DNA of 64,000 bases from a virus. The notes under the pieces were generated by a model. That model worked only from the letters and a program-made list of their open reading frames with translations. It made no database searches and was not told the DNA's origin. Location: the IMG/VR virus record IMGVR_UViG_3300036773_000146, positions 32,001-96,000 of that record; one strand, 5' to 3'. This document shows positions 26,045-34,886 of this stretch, piece by piece. Position 1 is the first letter of the stretch. Every line of letters starts with the position of its first letter. The position numbers and the translations under genes were made by a program.

Positions 26045-28050
26045 GCAAAGGCAAGAACTCAGTTTTCGGCATCGCCACCGGCGTCGCTCTCTCCCAGGGC
26101 CTGCCCGGCTTCATGAAGACGTTCCGCCGGTGGTCCTTCCGGTTCCGGCGCGTGCTCACCCCGGTGTGGACGGCCTTCCTCGTCTACCTAGTCGCCGTCG
26201 TCTGGCGCTGGCAGATCCCGCAGTGGTGGCCGGTGGTCCTGGTGCTGCCGCTGCTCGGCGTGGGCCTGGCCTGGGGTGGCCCGCACCTGAGCGAGCGCTG
26301 GTCCCGGGTGGTGATGAAGCTGGTCCCCGACGGGCTCGACAAGGGCCAGGACGGCATCCTGGACCGGCTCACCGAGCGGCTGTACCTGGCCATCCTGCTG
26401 AGCTACACCGGCGCCTACCTGGCCGTGCGGATCGTAGGCGGCGCGAGCTACGTGTCCGGCCTGCTCTGGCAAATCGGGCTGGGTGCCTTCGGGGTGACCT
26501 ACTGGTACCACCGCCGGGTGCGCAGCTTGGGCAAGGCGAACAAGTACGTGAAGAAGTGGGCGCGCTTCGCCGACCGCGAGACCTGCCCGCCGACGCTGAT
26601 CTCGCTGGTCGGCTCGAAGGTCGTCAAGCACGACGTCTCGCCCAACGGCAAGGCGATCACCCTCACGATCAAGCTGGCCGAGGGCGTCACCGCCGACCGC
26701 ATCGGTCACATGGCCGAGTCGCTGGACTCCTATTTCAACCTGCGCAAGGGCGCCACGACCATCACCGAGTACAAGGACCAGTCCCGGTATGCGGTGGCGA
26801 AGTTCGTGCCGAAGGACCCGTGGGAGGACAAGATCGAGCACCCGCTGCCCGGTCCGGACAAGATCAGTCTGGCGAGCAGCGGCGGCCGATTCTCGATGGG
26901 CATCTATGCGAACAGCGACGAGCTGATCTACCAGCTTCAGCACACGCTGCTGTGCGGCACCAACGGCTCGGGCAAGTCCGGCTGGCTGCACTCGCTGATC
27001 GCCTGGCTGGTCCCGTGCCGGGATGTGGTCCTGCTGGGCATCGACATGGCCCAGGGGGCGACCCTGAACGTCTGGCGCAAGACGTTCGCCCTGCCGATCG
27101 CCACGGACGTGGACAGCGCTCTGATCATCCTGGAGAAGGTCTTCGCGGTGATCAAATATCGCGAGGGCGTGCTGAGCAAGGCGAGCGAGGAGGACGACGA
27201 CGCGGCCGACTCGTTCGTGCCGTCGAAGAAGACCCCGTGGATCGTGCTGATCATCGAGGAGTTCCCGGACCTACTGGCCGAGGCCAAGAACACCGAGCGG
27301 TACGACTCCAAGGGCAACGTGATCGGGAACATGTACGACCTGCTCGTGCTGCTGCTCGGCCGGATCGCGAAGAAGGCCCGTAAGTGCGGTATCCGGCTGG
27401 TCTTCGCGACCCAGAACGGGACCAAGGTCGACACGGGCTCGAAGGAGATGCAGGGCCAGCTGAAGGCCACCGTGGGCCTGCGTCTGGACCAGAACCAGTC
27501 GAAGAACCTGTGGGGCGGCGGCAGCTTCGCTGGGCCCGGCTGGAACTCCACCGATCTGGGCCTGGGCGAGTTCCTGCTCCGCGACGAGGACCACTCGGTT
27601 CCGGACAAGGCCAAGGGGTACTGGGTCGACAACGCGGCCCGCCGCAAGATGGTCTCCGACAACGTGGGCCCGAGCGGTACCCGCGAGGTCTACCTGGAGC
27701 CGGACGCATGGTCTCTGCTGATGAGCGAGACCATGGGCCTGGACGTGGAGGCCGACGTTCCCGAGGCCGAGCGGACCGAGGCCGACGATCGCCGGGACCG
27801 CGTCGTGCGATACCTGGAGGACCACTGGACCGAGTACCGCAACGGCGTGAAGGCCCAGACCATCAGTGACGACCTGGAGATCCCGACCTCCACGCTCTAC
27901 CGGGATCTGGACGTACTCCGGAGTGACGACCCGGGCCCGTGCCGGGTCCAGGTGCTGAAGAAGTGGTACTACCCGGCGGGGAAGGCTCCCACGGAGTCCG
28001 GCCCGGCCCCGGTCATGGCGTCCATCCAGGGCGAGCAGACCGGCGGCTGA
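26041..28050 (+). CDS. traB: TraB/FtsK-SpoIIIE-family DNA translocase
   Basis: N-terminal TMs; Walker A GTNGSGKS; IDMAQG; LIIEEFPDL; KARKCGIRLVFATQ; C-terminal winged HTH. Confidence 0.8.
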   Translation: MSKGKNSVFGIATGVALSQGLPGFMKTFRRWSFRFRRVLTPVWTAFLVYLVAVVWRWQIPQWWPVVLVLPLLGVGLAWGGPHLSERWSRVVMKLVPDGLDKGQDGILDRLTERLYLAILLSYTGAYLAVRIVGGASYVSGLLWQIGLGAFGVTYWYHRRVRSLGKANKYVKKWARFADRETCPPTLISLVGSKVVKHDVSPNGKAITLTIKLAEGVTADRIGHMAESLDSYFNLRKGATTITEYKDQSRYAVAKFVPKDPWEDKIEHPLPGPDKISLASSGGRFSMGIYANSDELIYQLQHTLLCGTNGSGKSGWLHSLIAWLVPCRDVVLLGIDMAQGATLNVWRKTFALPIATDVDSALIILEKVFAVIKYREGVLSKASEEDDDAADSFVPSKKTPWIVLIIEEFPDLLAEAKNTERYDSKGNVIGNMYDLLVLLLGRIAKKARKCGIRLVFATQNGTKVDTGSKEMQGQLKATVGLRLDQNQSKNLWGGGSFAGPGWNSTDLGLGEFLLRDEDHSVPDKAKGYWVDNAARRKMVSDNVGPSGTREVYLEPDAWSLLMSETMGLDVEADVPEAERTEADDRRDRVVRYLEDHWTEYRNGVKAQTISDDLEIPTSTLYRDLDVLRSDDPGPCRVQVLKKWYYPAGKAPTESGPAPVMASIQGEQTGG

Positions 28051-28346
28051 CCCCCGTCCGCACCGTCAGCGCCCCCACTCGCCTCGTGCGCGTGGGGGCG
28101 CACTCGTGTGCCCGTCCACCTGCGCGCCTGCGGCCCCGCGCGTTTACACACAGCGTTATGTATCACGGGTGTGCGAGCACCTAGCGCCACGCATTCTCAC
28201 GCTGGGTGCGCCCTCGCGCGTAACGTGCGCAGGCGCGCGAGAGGGAATCTTACCCCGAACGGCCCGATGATCATGTTTTCGCAGGTCACCCCACCTCTAT
28301 GGCCTTCTCCAGCGTCCTGCCCTTTTCCCACCGTTCCCACACGCCA

Positions 28347-28380
28347 GAAGGCCCCGATGGGAGTAGCCATCGGGGCCTTC
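28347..28380. terminator. bidirectional terminator hairpin
   Basis: Perfect 14-bp stem GAAGGCCCCGATGG/CCATCGGGGCCTTC between convergent genes. Confidence 0.75.
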
Positions 28381-28402
28381 GTGGTGACGCTGTGTGAGGA
28401 GA

Positions 28403-28597
28403 TCAGAGGGTGTGGGCGCCGCACGGGAAGAGCCGGGTGGGGTGCCAGACCTGCCAATGGCCGCCCTTGGCGATCCACAGGCCGTCGTCGCGGTGGCACA
28501 CGGGGCACCGCTGCTCGTGCCGTTCTACCGCCGCGACGAGGTCTCTCTCGGGGTCGGCGCTCATGGCAATGCCGTGGTCTTCGGTGGCGATGCTCAT
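28403..28597 (-). CDS. small hypothetical protein
   Basis: ATGA overlap. Confidence 0.55.
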   Translation of the reverse strand: MSIATEDHGIAMSADPERDLVAAVERHEQRCPVCHRDDGLWIAKGGHWQVWHPTRLFPCGAHTL

Positions 28598-28920
28598 GCC
28601 CTCTCCGTCCAGTTCAGCTCGTAGCGCTCGGGCCCGGTCTGGTGCAGAGTCCCACCCAGGCCCAGCGCCGAGTCCGTCAGGCTCAGGACCGCCTCGGCCA
28701 GTCTCACCAGCGGTACCCGCTGCGGGTCCACGGGCACCTGGGCCCAGACGACCTGCGGGCCCGCGATCCCCAGGACCATGTCCGCCATGGTGTGGTACCG
28801 GAACATGGGACCGGAGTCGGGCTCGGTGTCCTCGTCGATGTCCCCGATGTACTCGCGCAGCTTCTGGTACCGCTGGGCCTCGGCGACTAACAGGACCCGG
28901 ATCGCATCGGGCTCGGACAT
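28594..28920 (-). CDS. hypothetical protein
   Basis: GGAGGAG RBS. Confidence 0.6.
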   Translation of the reverse strand: MSEPDAIRVLLVAEAQRYQKLREYIGDIDEDTEPDSGPMFRYHTMADMVLGIAGPQVVWAQVPVDPQRVPLVRLAEAVLSLTDSALGLGGTLHQTGPERYELNWTERA

Positions 28921-28959
28921 GACGGATCTCCTCCAGGTAGGTCTTCTCAGTATGGGCCT

Positions 28960-29664
28960 TCAGGCCAGTACCGAGGCCAGTCCCACCCACCAGGGACCAC
29001 CCTGGGCCCAGACCGTGAGGGCACCCAGGACTCCGACGAGACCACCCAGGCCCAGGGTCACCGCGCCCTCGCCGATGTTGATCCAGGCCCACCGCGAGTG
29101 GTCCTTCAGGCGCTTGTTCTCGTGGTGGGCTCCGACGCGGAAACGGGCCCGGCGCGGTACCAGCCAGACCGGTCCCCAGCGCTTCTCGGCGCGCTTCCAG
29201 AAGGGCGCCCAGAACGGGATCCCGCCGAGGGTGATGGCGTCGCCCCACAGGTGCGCGAAGTGCCCCACCACGACCGCCAGGGCGGCCCACAGAGCCCACG
29301 CGGACGCCGGGGTGGCCAGGACGCCCAGGAAGGTCGTGAGGCCCATCAGGACGCCCCACAAGGCCGTGTGCGTCAGGGTCCGGTGGCCCGGGTACATGCC
29401 GCCCCGGTCCTTCGGCGTCTTGGTTGCCTCGTAGACGATGATGGAGAGCTTGTTGATCAGCCAGGCCAGGATCCAGGTGACCGGCCCCAGCAGCTTCGAG
29501 GCCTTGGCGCCCGGCATGTCGAGGTCCGGCAGGAGCGCGCCGATCCCGGCCACCGCGACGAAGGCCACCGTCACGAGGATGTTGTTACCCGACGGGTGCG
29601 GGATGACAGGGGCGACGGCGAGCGCGGCCGCGTACCCGGTGAGTTGATGTCCGGTGTGTTCGAT
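28960..29664 (-). CDS. YdjM-like membrane metal-dependent hydrolase (probable ATC start)
   Basis: xEHTGH...GALLPDLD...HRTLTH...HLWGDAIT.GGIP. Confidence 0.8.
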   Translation of the reverse strand: MEHTGHQLTGYAAALAVAPVIPHPSGNNILVTVAFVAVAGIGALLPDLDMPGAKASKLLGPVTWILAWLINKLSIIVYEATKTPKDRGGMYPGHRTLTHTALWGVLMGLTTFLGVLATPASAWALWAALAVVVGHFAHLWGDAITLGGIPFWAPFWKRAEKRWGPVWLVPRRARFRVGAHHENKRLKDHSRWAWINIGEGAVTLGLGGLVGVLGALTVWAQGGPWWVGLASVLA

Positions 29665-29667
29665 GGT

Positions 29668-29889
29668 TCAGCCCTCCCACGTGCACAAGCCCGTGTGCGG
29701 ATGACCGGTCCCCCGGCAGTCCCAGCAGAGACCGCCGGTGGACTCGTCCCAGACGTCGCCGCCGGTGCCGTGGCACCTGTCGCAGCAAGGAGGGATGGAC
29801 CGCAGCAACTGCATGGCCTGCTCGACGACCTGGCCGCCGAGGAAACCGGCGACGAGCACGAGAGCCTCCAAGAAGGGCACGGTGATCAT
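29668..29889 (-). CDS. membrane-anchored CxxCxGxG zinc-finger protein
   Basis: CDRCHGTG...CWDCRGTG. Confidence 0.6.
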   Translation of the reverse strand: MITVPFLEALVLVAGFLGGQVVEQAMQLLRSIPPCCDRCHGTGGDVWDESTGGLCWDCRGTGHPHTGLCTWEG

Positions 29890-30065
29890 CAGCTCTCCTG
29901 GTCCAGGCAGAACAGCTGCCAGTCGCGGTCCGGGTGCTCATCCTCGAAGCGCAGCGCGGCGTCGGTGATGGCACCGATCAGCTTCCCGAAGAGCTTCTCC
30001 GGGAAGCCCTCGGGCGTGGTCACGGTGATGTGCGGGGTGCCCTGCGGGCCCTTGCCGTATTTCAC
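29889..30065 (-). CDS. hypothetical protein
   Basis: GTGA overlap. Confidence 0.5.
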   Translation of the reverse strand: MKYGKGPQGTPHITVTTPEGFPEKLFGKLIGAITDAALRFEDEHPDRDWQLFCLDQES

Positions 30066-30457
30066 TGGAACGTCCACCACCCGTCGAAGCACGGGGGGAC
30101 CGCTGGGAAGTTCTCCAGCATCGGGCGCAGGATCTCCAGGTGGGTCTGCACGATCTCCGGCACCTCCTCGCCCCAGTACCCGGTGCCGTCCCAGCGGGCC
30201 ACGGCGGCACCGCCGTACCGGCCGTCGTCCATCTGCTCCATCGCGTGCAGGCCGTCGCGGGGGATCTCGTCCACGAGGGCCGACAGCGACCCGGCCACGG
30301 ACACCGGGGCGTTCTTGCGGCCCCGGAACCAGAGGGCCTGCACCGTGCACCGGTAGAAGTCCGGCCGGTGCACGGTGGTGTGCGTGGTGATGTGCAGCGA
30401 GCCGAGGTCCACAGCATAGGGTCGGTGGCTGAACACGAACTTGTCCTCGCGGATCAT
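30062..30457 (-). CDS. hypothetical protein
   Basis: ATGA overlap. Confidence 0.6.
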   Translation of the reverse strand: MIREDKFVFSHRPYAVDLGSLHITTHTTVHRPDFYRCTVQALWFRGRKNAPVSVAGSLSALVDEIPRDGLHAMEQMDDGRYGGAAVARWDGTGYWGEEVPEIVQTHLEILRPMLENFPAVPPCFDGWWTFQ

Positions 30458-30942
30458 GACTCGTCCCCCACGGCCTCGGCGGCCACCGGCGGCTTCCGGC
30501 ATGCCCACTTCTCCCGCACGATGTCCTGGATGCGCGCGAGCATCGTCGTCGGCAGGGCCGGGCCCGCGTGCCGGAAGTCCTCCAGCGCCGTGTCGATCCG
30601 GTCGAGCCGGTTGCTGGCATCGTGGTACAGGCTGGCCGCGTTCAGGTGGACGCGCAGGTGCGCCATCACGAAACTGTGGCTCGTGCCGGGCCGCATTCCC
30701 ATCTCCGTGATGATCTCGGCCAGTCGCGCCTCCGCCACGGCCAGACGCTCGGCATCCACATCCGGGGCCGGGCGGTGCTGGCCGAAAAGCGGGACCATCC
30801 CCTCGGGCAGCTCGGCCGTCTCGATCCCGACGCCGTCACGGTCATCCTCGGCTCGCTCCCAGGCCTCCCACCAGTCGTTGACGTGGTCGTACACGTAGAC
30901 GTAGTCGGTCGACGGCGCGAAGAGCACGCGGTCCTCGGTCAT
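30454..30942 (-). CDS. hypothetical protein
   Basis: ATGA overlap, AGGAG RBS. Confidence 0.6.
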   Translation of the reverse strand: MTEDRVLFAPSTDYVYVYDHVNDWWEAWERAEDDRDGVGIETAELPEGMVPLFGQHRPAPDVDAERLAVAEARLAEIITEMGMRPGTSHSFVMAHLRVHLNAASLYHDASNRLDRIDTALEDFRHAGPALPTTMLARIQDIVREKWACRKPPVAAEAVGDES

Positions 30943-31142
30943 GATCCGCTCCTGAGGTCGGTTTCGGCGCGCTCGTACTCGGTGCCATCCGGAGTGGTGC
31001 AATCCACGACGGCATACATCCGCTCGCCGTCCTCGGTCGCGATCCAGGTGTCCACGGCCTGGCCGTCGACCTCCTGGCCGTAGGAGTTCCGGAAGATCAC
31101 GGTGTCCTTGTAGAGCGTGAACCGCTGCGCTTGCTCGCTCAT
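30939..31142 (-). CDS. hypothetical protein
   Basis: TGATG overlap. Confidence 0.55.
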   Translation of the reverse strand: MSEQAQRFTLYKDTVIFRNSYGQEVDGQAVDTWIATEDGERMYAVVDCTTPDGTEYERAETDLRSGS

Positions 31143-31408
31143 CAGCGCTCCTCGGGAAGGCCGTGTTCCGGCTCGACATCGGCGAGCCGGTAGCCGGTAC
31201 GGATCGGACGGAACCGGGCGATCTTGATCGTGCCCGAGTGGGCGGCCAGGACACCGCCGGGCTCGTCGTACCAGGTGGTCACCAGGGCGACGTTGTACTG
31301 CGGCACGTCGTCGGGGCGCAGGCCGTCCACCCGGACGTAGCGGGTCGCGCGATTGCGCGGGTCGTTGTCGATCCACAGCTGGCCGGGTTCGGGCCGGAAG
31401 TAGACCAT
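31142..31408 (-). CDS. hypothetical protein
   Basis: PGQLW.DNDPR...R...RFRP...GYRL. Confidence 0.65.
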   Translation of the reverse strand: MVYFRPEPGQLWIDNDPRNRATRYVRVDGLRPDDVPQYNVALVTTWYDEPGGVLAAHSGTIKIARFRPIRTGYRLADVEPEHGLPEER

Positions 31409-31566
31409 CAGTGCACCGCCCAGCTCGTGCCGTGCACGACGAGGTTCCGCAGGGAGCGGGTGACGCCGTCAAGGGTGTAGTGGCCGGTACGGTTGTCCGT
31501 GCGGTGCCTGCCCATGGTCGGGGGCGTGGCCCACAACCGGGTGGCGAGACCGAGCAGCTTGGTCAT
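31408..31566 (-). CDS. small hypothetical protein
   Basis: GAAGGA RBS, overlap. Confidence 0.5.
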   Translation of the reverse strand: MTKLLGLATRLWATPPTMGRHRTDNRTGHYTLDGVTRSLRNLVVHGTSWAVH

Positions 31567-31621
31567 GAGAGTCCTTCGGGTAGAGGAAGGCCCCCGGCCG
31601 GTGAGGGCCGGGGGTCGTGGA

Positions 31622-31882
31622 TCAGGCGCGAGCCCGGGAGAGGGCGCGCCGCTCGTCTTCGGTGAAGCCGCCGAAGACACCGTCGTCGAGACCGTTGTCG
31701 AGTGCGAACGCCAGGCATTCCTCGCGCACCGGGCAGCGCGCGCAGACGGCCTTGGCCTCGGCGATCTGCCGCTCGGCCGGACCGACCTCGGAGATCGGGA
31801 AGAACAGCTCGCCGTCCTCCCACTGGCAGGCGGCGTCCTGCATCCAGCGCACCTGGCGCATGTCGAACTCGAACGTGAACAC
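31622..31882 (-). CDS. whiB: WhiB family transcriptional regulator
   Basis: W..DAAC...LFFP...AKAVCARCPVREECL..AL.....GVFGG.TEDER. Confidence 0.95.
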   Translation of the reverse strand: MFTFEFDMRQVRWMQDAACQWEDGELFFPISEVGPAERQIAEAKAVCARCPVREECLAFALDNGLDDGVFGGFTEDERRALSRARA

Positions 31883-31889
31883 GATGTCG

Positions 31890-31950
31890 CCTCCGGTGCG
31901 GCTTGAGTGCTTGCCTGTTTAGGCTACCTGATCGGGTAGGGTCAGCACAA
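31890..31950 (-). promoter_or_regulatory. promoter/operator copy 13 plus start-associated motif
   Basis: TTGTGC-N18-TAGCCT; palindrome 31924-31939. Confidence 0.8.
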
Positions 31951-32045
31951 GTCTCATTTACGACGGCGCAGGGCTACTACCCAGCCCCATACATAGCCGC
32001 CCAGCAACAGCACGGCTCCGGTCAGGCCGAGGATCTCCCAGGCGG

Positions 32046-32321
32046 TCACACCTGGCCCCGGAAGAGGTCTTCCGGCTCGGCCTGGGCAGTCGGCGGCCGC
32101 GCGACATGGGCGAGCCGGGCCGTCAGGGCCTCGTTCTCCTGCCGGAGGACGGTGTTCTGGGCCGTCAGCTGGCCCACGAGCGTCATCAGCTCGTCGAAGG
32201 CCTTCCGCTGCCGGGCGGCCGCCTCGAAGGCCGTCACGGCCGTTTCGTCGGCGAACACGGCGGGCAGCTCGGCCGAGCGCCCGGTCTTCTGCTGGTCGTG
32301 CCAGCTCTGTGGCTGCGGCAT
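32046..32321 (-). CDS. coiled-coil hypothetical protein
   Basis: GGAGG RBS. Confidence 0.6.
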   Translation of the reverse strand: MPQPQSWHDQQKTGRSAELPAVFADETAVTAFEAAARQRKAFDELMTLVGQLTAQNTVLRQENEALTARLAHVARPPTAQAEPEDLFRGQV

Positions 32322-32324
32322 GGG

Positions 32325-32546
32325 TCAGTCCTCCGTGAGCAGGGCGATGTCCAGGCCGAGGATGTCGGCCAGGTGGCGGAAGTCCTCGGCGTCGGCGGCG
32401 AAGTGGGCCAGCTTCTTCACGGCCGCCTTCTCCGTCTCGTGCCGGGCCACGACGTCGGCGGCATACTGCTCCAGCTCGGCATCGGACACCACGCCAAACA
32501 GCGGGGACGTGTGATAGCCCGCCGTGGTGATGCGGTCGAAGCTCAC
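32325..32546 (-). CDS. hypothetical protein
   Basis: GTGA overlap; ends LADILGL. Confidence 0.55.
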   Translation of the reverse strand: MSFDRITTAGYHTSPLFGVVSDAELEQYAADVVARHETEKAAVKKLAHFAADAEDFRHLADILGLDIALLTED

Positions 32547-32773
32547 GCGGCACCGTCCAGGGCGAGGGCTTCGACGGTCTCGGGCAGCCGGTCGTGGAAC
32601 CCGCCGCGCTCGTCGAGCGGGTATCCGTGCCAGCCCCGGTCCCAGGCGCGCCAGCAGTTCACCGCCTGGCTCTCGTGGTACGGGTTCTCGGAGTCCGGCA
32701 GGCCAAGCAGGTTGGCCGTGTCGCCCTGCCGCCAGGCAAGCTCGGTCGCTTCCGTGCGGGGAATGACTGTCAC
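32543..32773 (-). CDS. RMF/CrpP-fold-like small protein
   Basis: AWRQG..A...G....NPY........AW.RGW. Confidence 0.6.
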   Translation of the reverse strand: MTVIPRTEATELAWRQGDTANLLGLPDSENPYHESQAVNCWRAWDRGWHGYPLDERGGFHDRLPETVEALALDGAA

Positions 32774-32856
32774 GTTGTGTCCCTTCAGTGTTGGACATGA
32801 ACATGGAAGCGCCCTCCACCCGACGGCCCCAGGACATCCGCCGAGCAGAGGGTCGC

Positions 32857-33225
32857 TCATCCTGATTCGTGGTACCTCAGCGGCCCATGAACCAGGACGT
32901 ACTTGGCAAGGACGTCCCGCGAGATCCGGCCGCGCTCGTTCACCTTGAGCCCCTGCTTGGCCGCCCACGCCCGGATGGCGAGGGACTCGGCCTTGTGGGC
33001 CTCCTTGGGCGTCATGCCCTCGGTGATCTGCAAGTCCATCACGGGCGTGGCCGCGTCGACGAACTCCTGCAGGCGCTGGCGCAGGTCGGTCGCGTTCTCC
33101 TTGCTCAGATCGATCATGTAGTTGATCCCGTCCAGGCCGAAGATGAGCTGCTCGTCGGCCACCACCTGGTGGCCCCGCGCGCGTTCGAGGTCGTCCACCT
33201 TCTGCCGGATGACCTGCTCTGCCAT
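32857..33225 (-). CDS. lsr2: Lsr2-like nucleoid-associated protein
   Basis: VDDL...FGLDGINY.IDLS.ENA..L...L...IRAWA...G..V..RGRI. Confidence 0.95.
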   Translation of the reverse strand: MAEQVIRQKVDDLERARGHQVVADEQLIFGLDGINYMIDLSKENATDLRQRLQEFVDAATPVMDLQITEGMTPKEAHKAESLAIRAWAAKQGLKVNERGRISRDVLAKYVLVHGPLRYHESG

Positions 33226-33359
33226 CGTCTGCCTTTCGAGCGAGTTTCGCGTGTAATTTCCCAGAGTTCTGAGGAGATCCGAGCGTATCTCGATCACCTC
33301 TTTCACCGCAATGGCACCGGTATAAGCAGTGCCTTTTCGAGCTGATAAGAGTACTAATT

Positions 33360-33389
33360 GAGCCCGGGAGGAGTGGCCCTCCCGGGCTC
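33360..33389 (-). terminator. terminator hairpin
   Basis: GAGCCCGGGAGG/CCTCCCGGGCTC 12-bp stem after the endonuclease stop. Confidence 0.7.
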
Positions 33390-33394
33390 GGGGA

Positions 33395-34243
33395 CTACAG
33401 GCGCGAGCGGCACACCGGGCCGATCCCGGCCGTGTCCTGGAGGTACTTCAACAGCTTGGCCACACGGTCCGGGCAGTCAGCGACCATGCCAGCCGAAGAG
33501 TTGCACGCTCCGCACAGCAAGCCCCTGAACTCCCCGGTGGAGTGATCATGATCGACGTGAACCCGATTGCCCGGCTCGGGCGTCCCTTCCCACCCGCAGG
33601 CTTCGCAGCGATTGCCCACCTGCGCCAACCTGTCCAGCACCGCGTCTGCGTCCACTTTGAGCGTTCTGGCACTTTGCCGGAGAGCGCGGTAGAGCCACCT
33701 TTCTGGGTCGGCCTTCCACAGCTCCCGGTCTTTGTCCCTAGCCGCCTTCCTGCGCTCCTCGTACACGTCCGGGCTGTCAGCTTTTAGAGTGCGGAGCCGA
33801 TCCCTGGTCTCGCGAGCAGCGCAGTCCCGGCATCGGGACCGAAGCCTGGTACTCCCGTGCGTGGTCTTCCGCCACCCGAATTCCTCGACCGGCTTGGTCA
33901 ACCCGCAACCGGTGCACTCCTTCTCCGCCTTCGGCGGCTCGAAAGACTTCTCGTAGCAGATGGCGCAGACGTTGCTGCCCTTTCGCTTCTCCCGGCCGCA
34001 GGGGCAGGCATCGCTGCGCACCGACTGGTCGTAGTGCCGAGCGCAAAGGCCCTTGCTGCGCACCGGCTCTCCGCAGTCATCCAGCACGCAGACGCGCCCT
34101 TTGGCTGGCTGGTACTTCGGCAGTGTCGGCCCGACGTCCTTGCGACCGCTTCGGATCCAACGGTCGTAGTGGAGGGCGCAGAGCCCCTTGGTCCTCGGCG
34201 GCTCTGCGCATCCGCCCACTTCGCATTCTGTGGAATCTGTCAC
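33395..34243 (-). CDS. endonuclease VII-like (HNH) homing endonuclease
   Basis: CEACG...VHVDHDHSTGEFRGLLCGACN; N-terminal CxxxxC..GLCxxHY repeats. Confidence 0.88.
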   Translation of the reverse strand: MTDSTECEVGGCAEPPRTKGLCALHYDRWIRSGRKDVGPTLPKYQPAKGRVCVLDDCGEPVRSKGLCARHYDQSVRSDACPCGREKRKGSNVCAICYEKSFEPPKAEKECTGCGLTKPVEEFGWRKTTHGSTRLRSRCRDCAARETRDRLRTLKADSPDVYEERRKAARDKDRELWKADPERWLYRALRQSARTLKVDADAVLDRLAQVGNRCEACGWEGTPEPGNRVHVDHDHSTGEFRGLLCGACNSSAGMVADCPDRVAKLLKYLQDTAGIGPVCRSRL

Positions 34244-34821
34244 GAGAGGTTAGTGTAACAAGTCGGGCCGATGCCTCGGCTTCTGGACACCTCGTCGGTG
34301 AGCGTCCGGCCGCAAACGCCGCACTCGCCGATCTCCTTGCCGTAGCGGGCCGTCGCCTCCAGGACGCCATCCGACTCGATCTTCCGGAGCACGGAGCGGG
34401 CGACCACGAACGGCAGCTCGCGCTCCTCGTCCGAAGCCATCACCGCGACGGTGACGTAGCCGGTCTTGGACACCCGCACCCGGTAGAAGGCGGTCTCGCC
34501 GTCCTTGTTGTCCACGGCGTAGCGGCCGTCCGGCACCTCGGGCAGCTTTGGGCGCGGCGTGCGGTCCTCGCGAGGGTCGACCTGCTGGCCCAGCCGGTGC
34601 TCGTTGCGCTCGTCCTTCAGCGCGCTGATGGTGTCGCTGGCCTTGGCGGCGGTGAGCTGACCGGCCTGGTCCTGGGCGCGCAGCTCGAACCACAGCTGAC
34701 GGCCGCGCTCCACGTCGTACTCGGCGATCTGGGTAAGCAGGTCCGTCAAGAAGTCGATCTGGCCCTGGCTGCGCTGGCGCGGGGCGCTGGCGGTGCGGGG
34801 GAAGTTGCGGGTCGAGTTCAT
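34240..34821 (-). CDS. DUF6011-domain protein
   Basis: GRYAV...FYRV...CGVCGRTLTDEVSRSRGIGPTC. Confidence 0.8.
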   Translation of the reverse strand: MNSTRNFPRTASAPRQRSQGQIDFLTDLLTQIAEYDVERGRQLWFELRAQDQAGQLTAAKASDTISALKDERNEHRLGQQVDPREDRTPRPKLPEVPDGRYAVDNKDGETAFYRVRVSKTGYVTVAVMASDEERELPFVVARSVLRKIESDGVLEATARYGKEIGECGVCGRTLTDEVSRSRGIGPTCYTNLS

Positions 34822-34826
34822 CGTGG

Positions 34827-34886
34827 CCTCCGGTGCGGCTGCGTGCTGACCTCGTTGACACTACCCTTCCGGGTAGTCTTCGTCAA
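34827..34886 (-). promoter_or_regulatory. promoter/operator copy 14 plus start-associated motif
   Basis: TTGACG-N17-TAGTGT; palindrome 34861-34876. Confidence 0.8.

Noticed and set aside
25023-28050. Complete integrated AICE or plasmid
   Set aside because: No integrase, excisionase, Rep or flanking att repeats seen; only the transfer genes are present.
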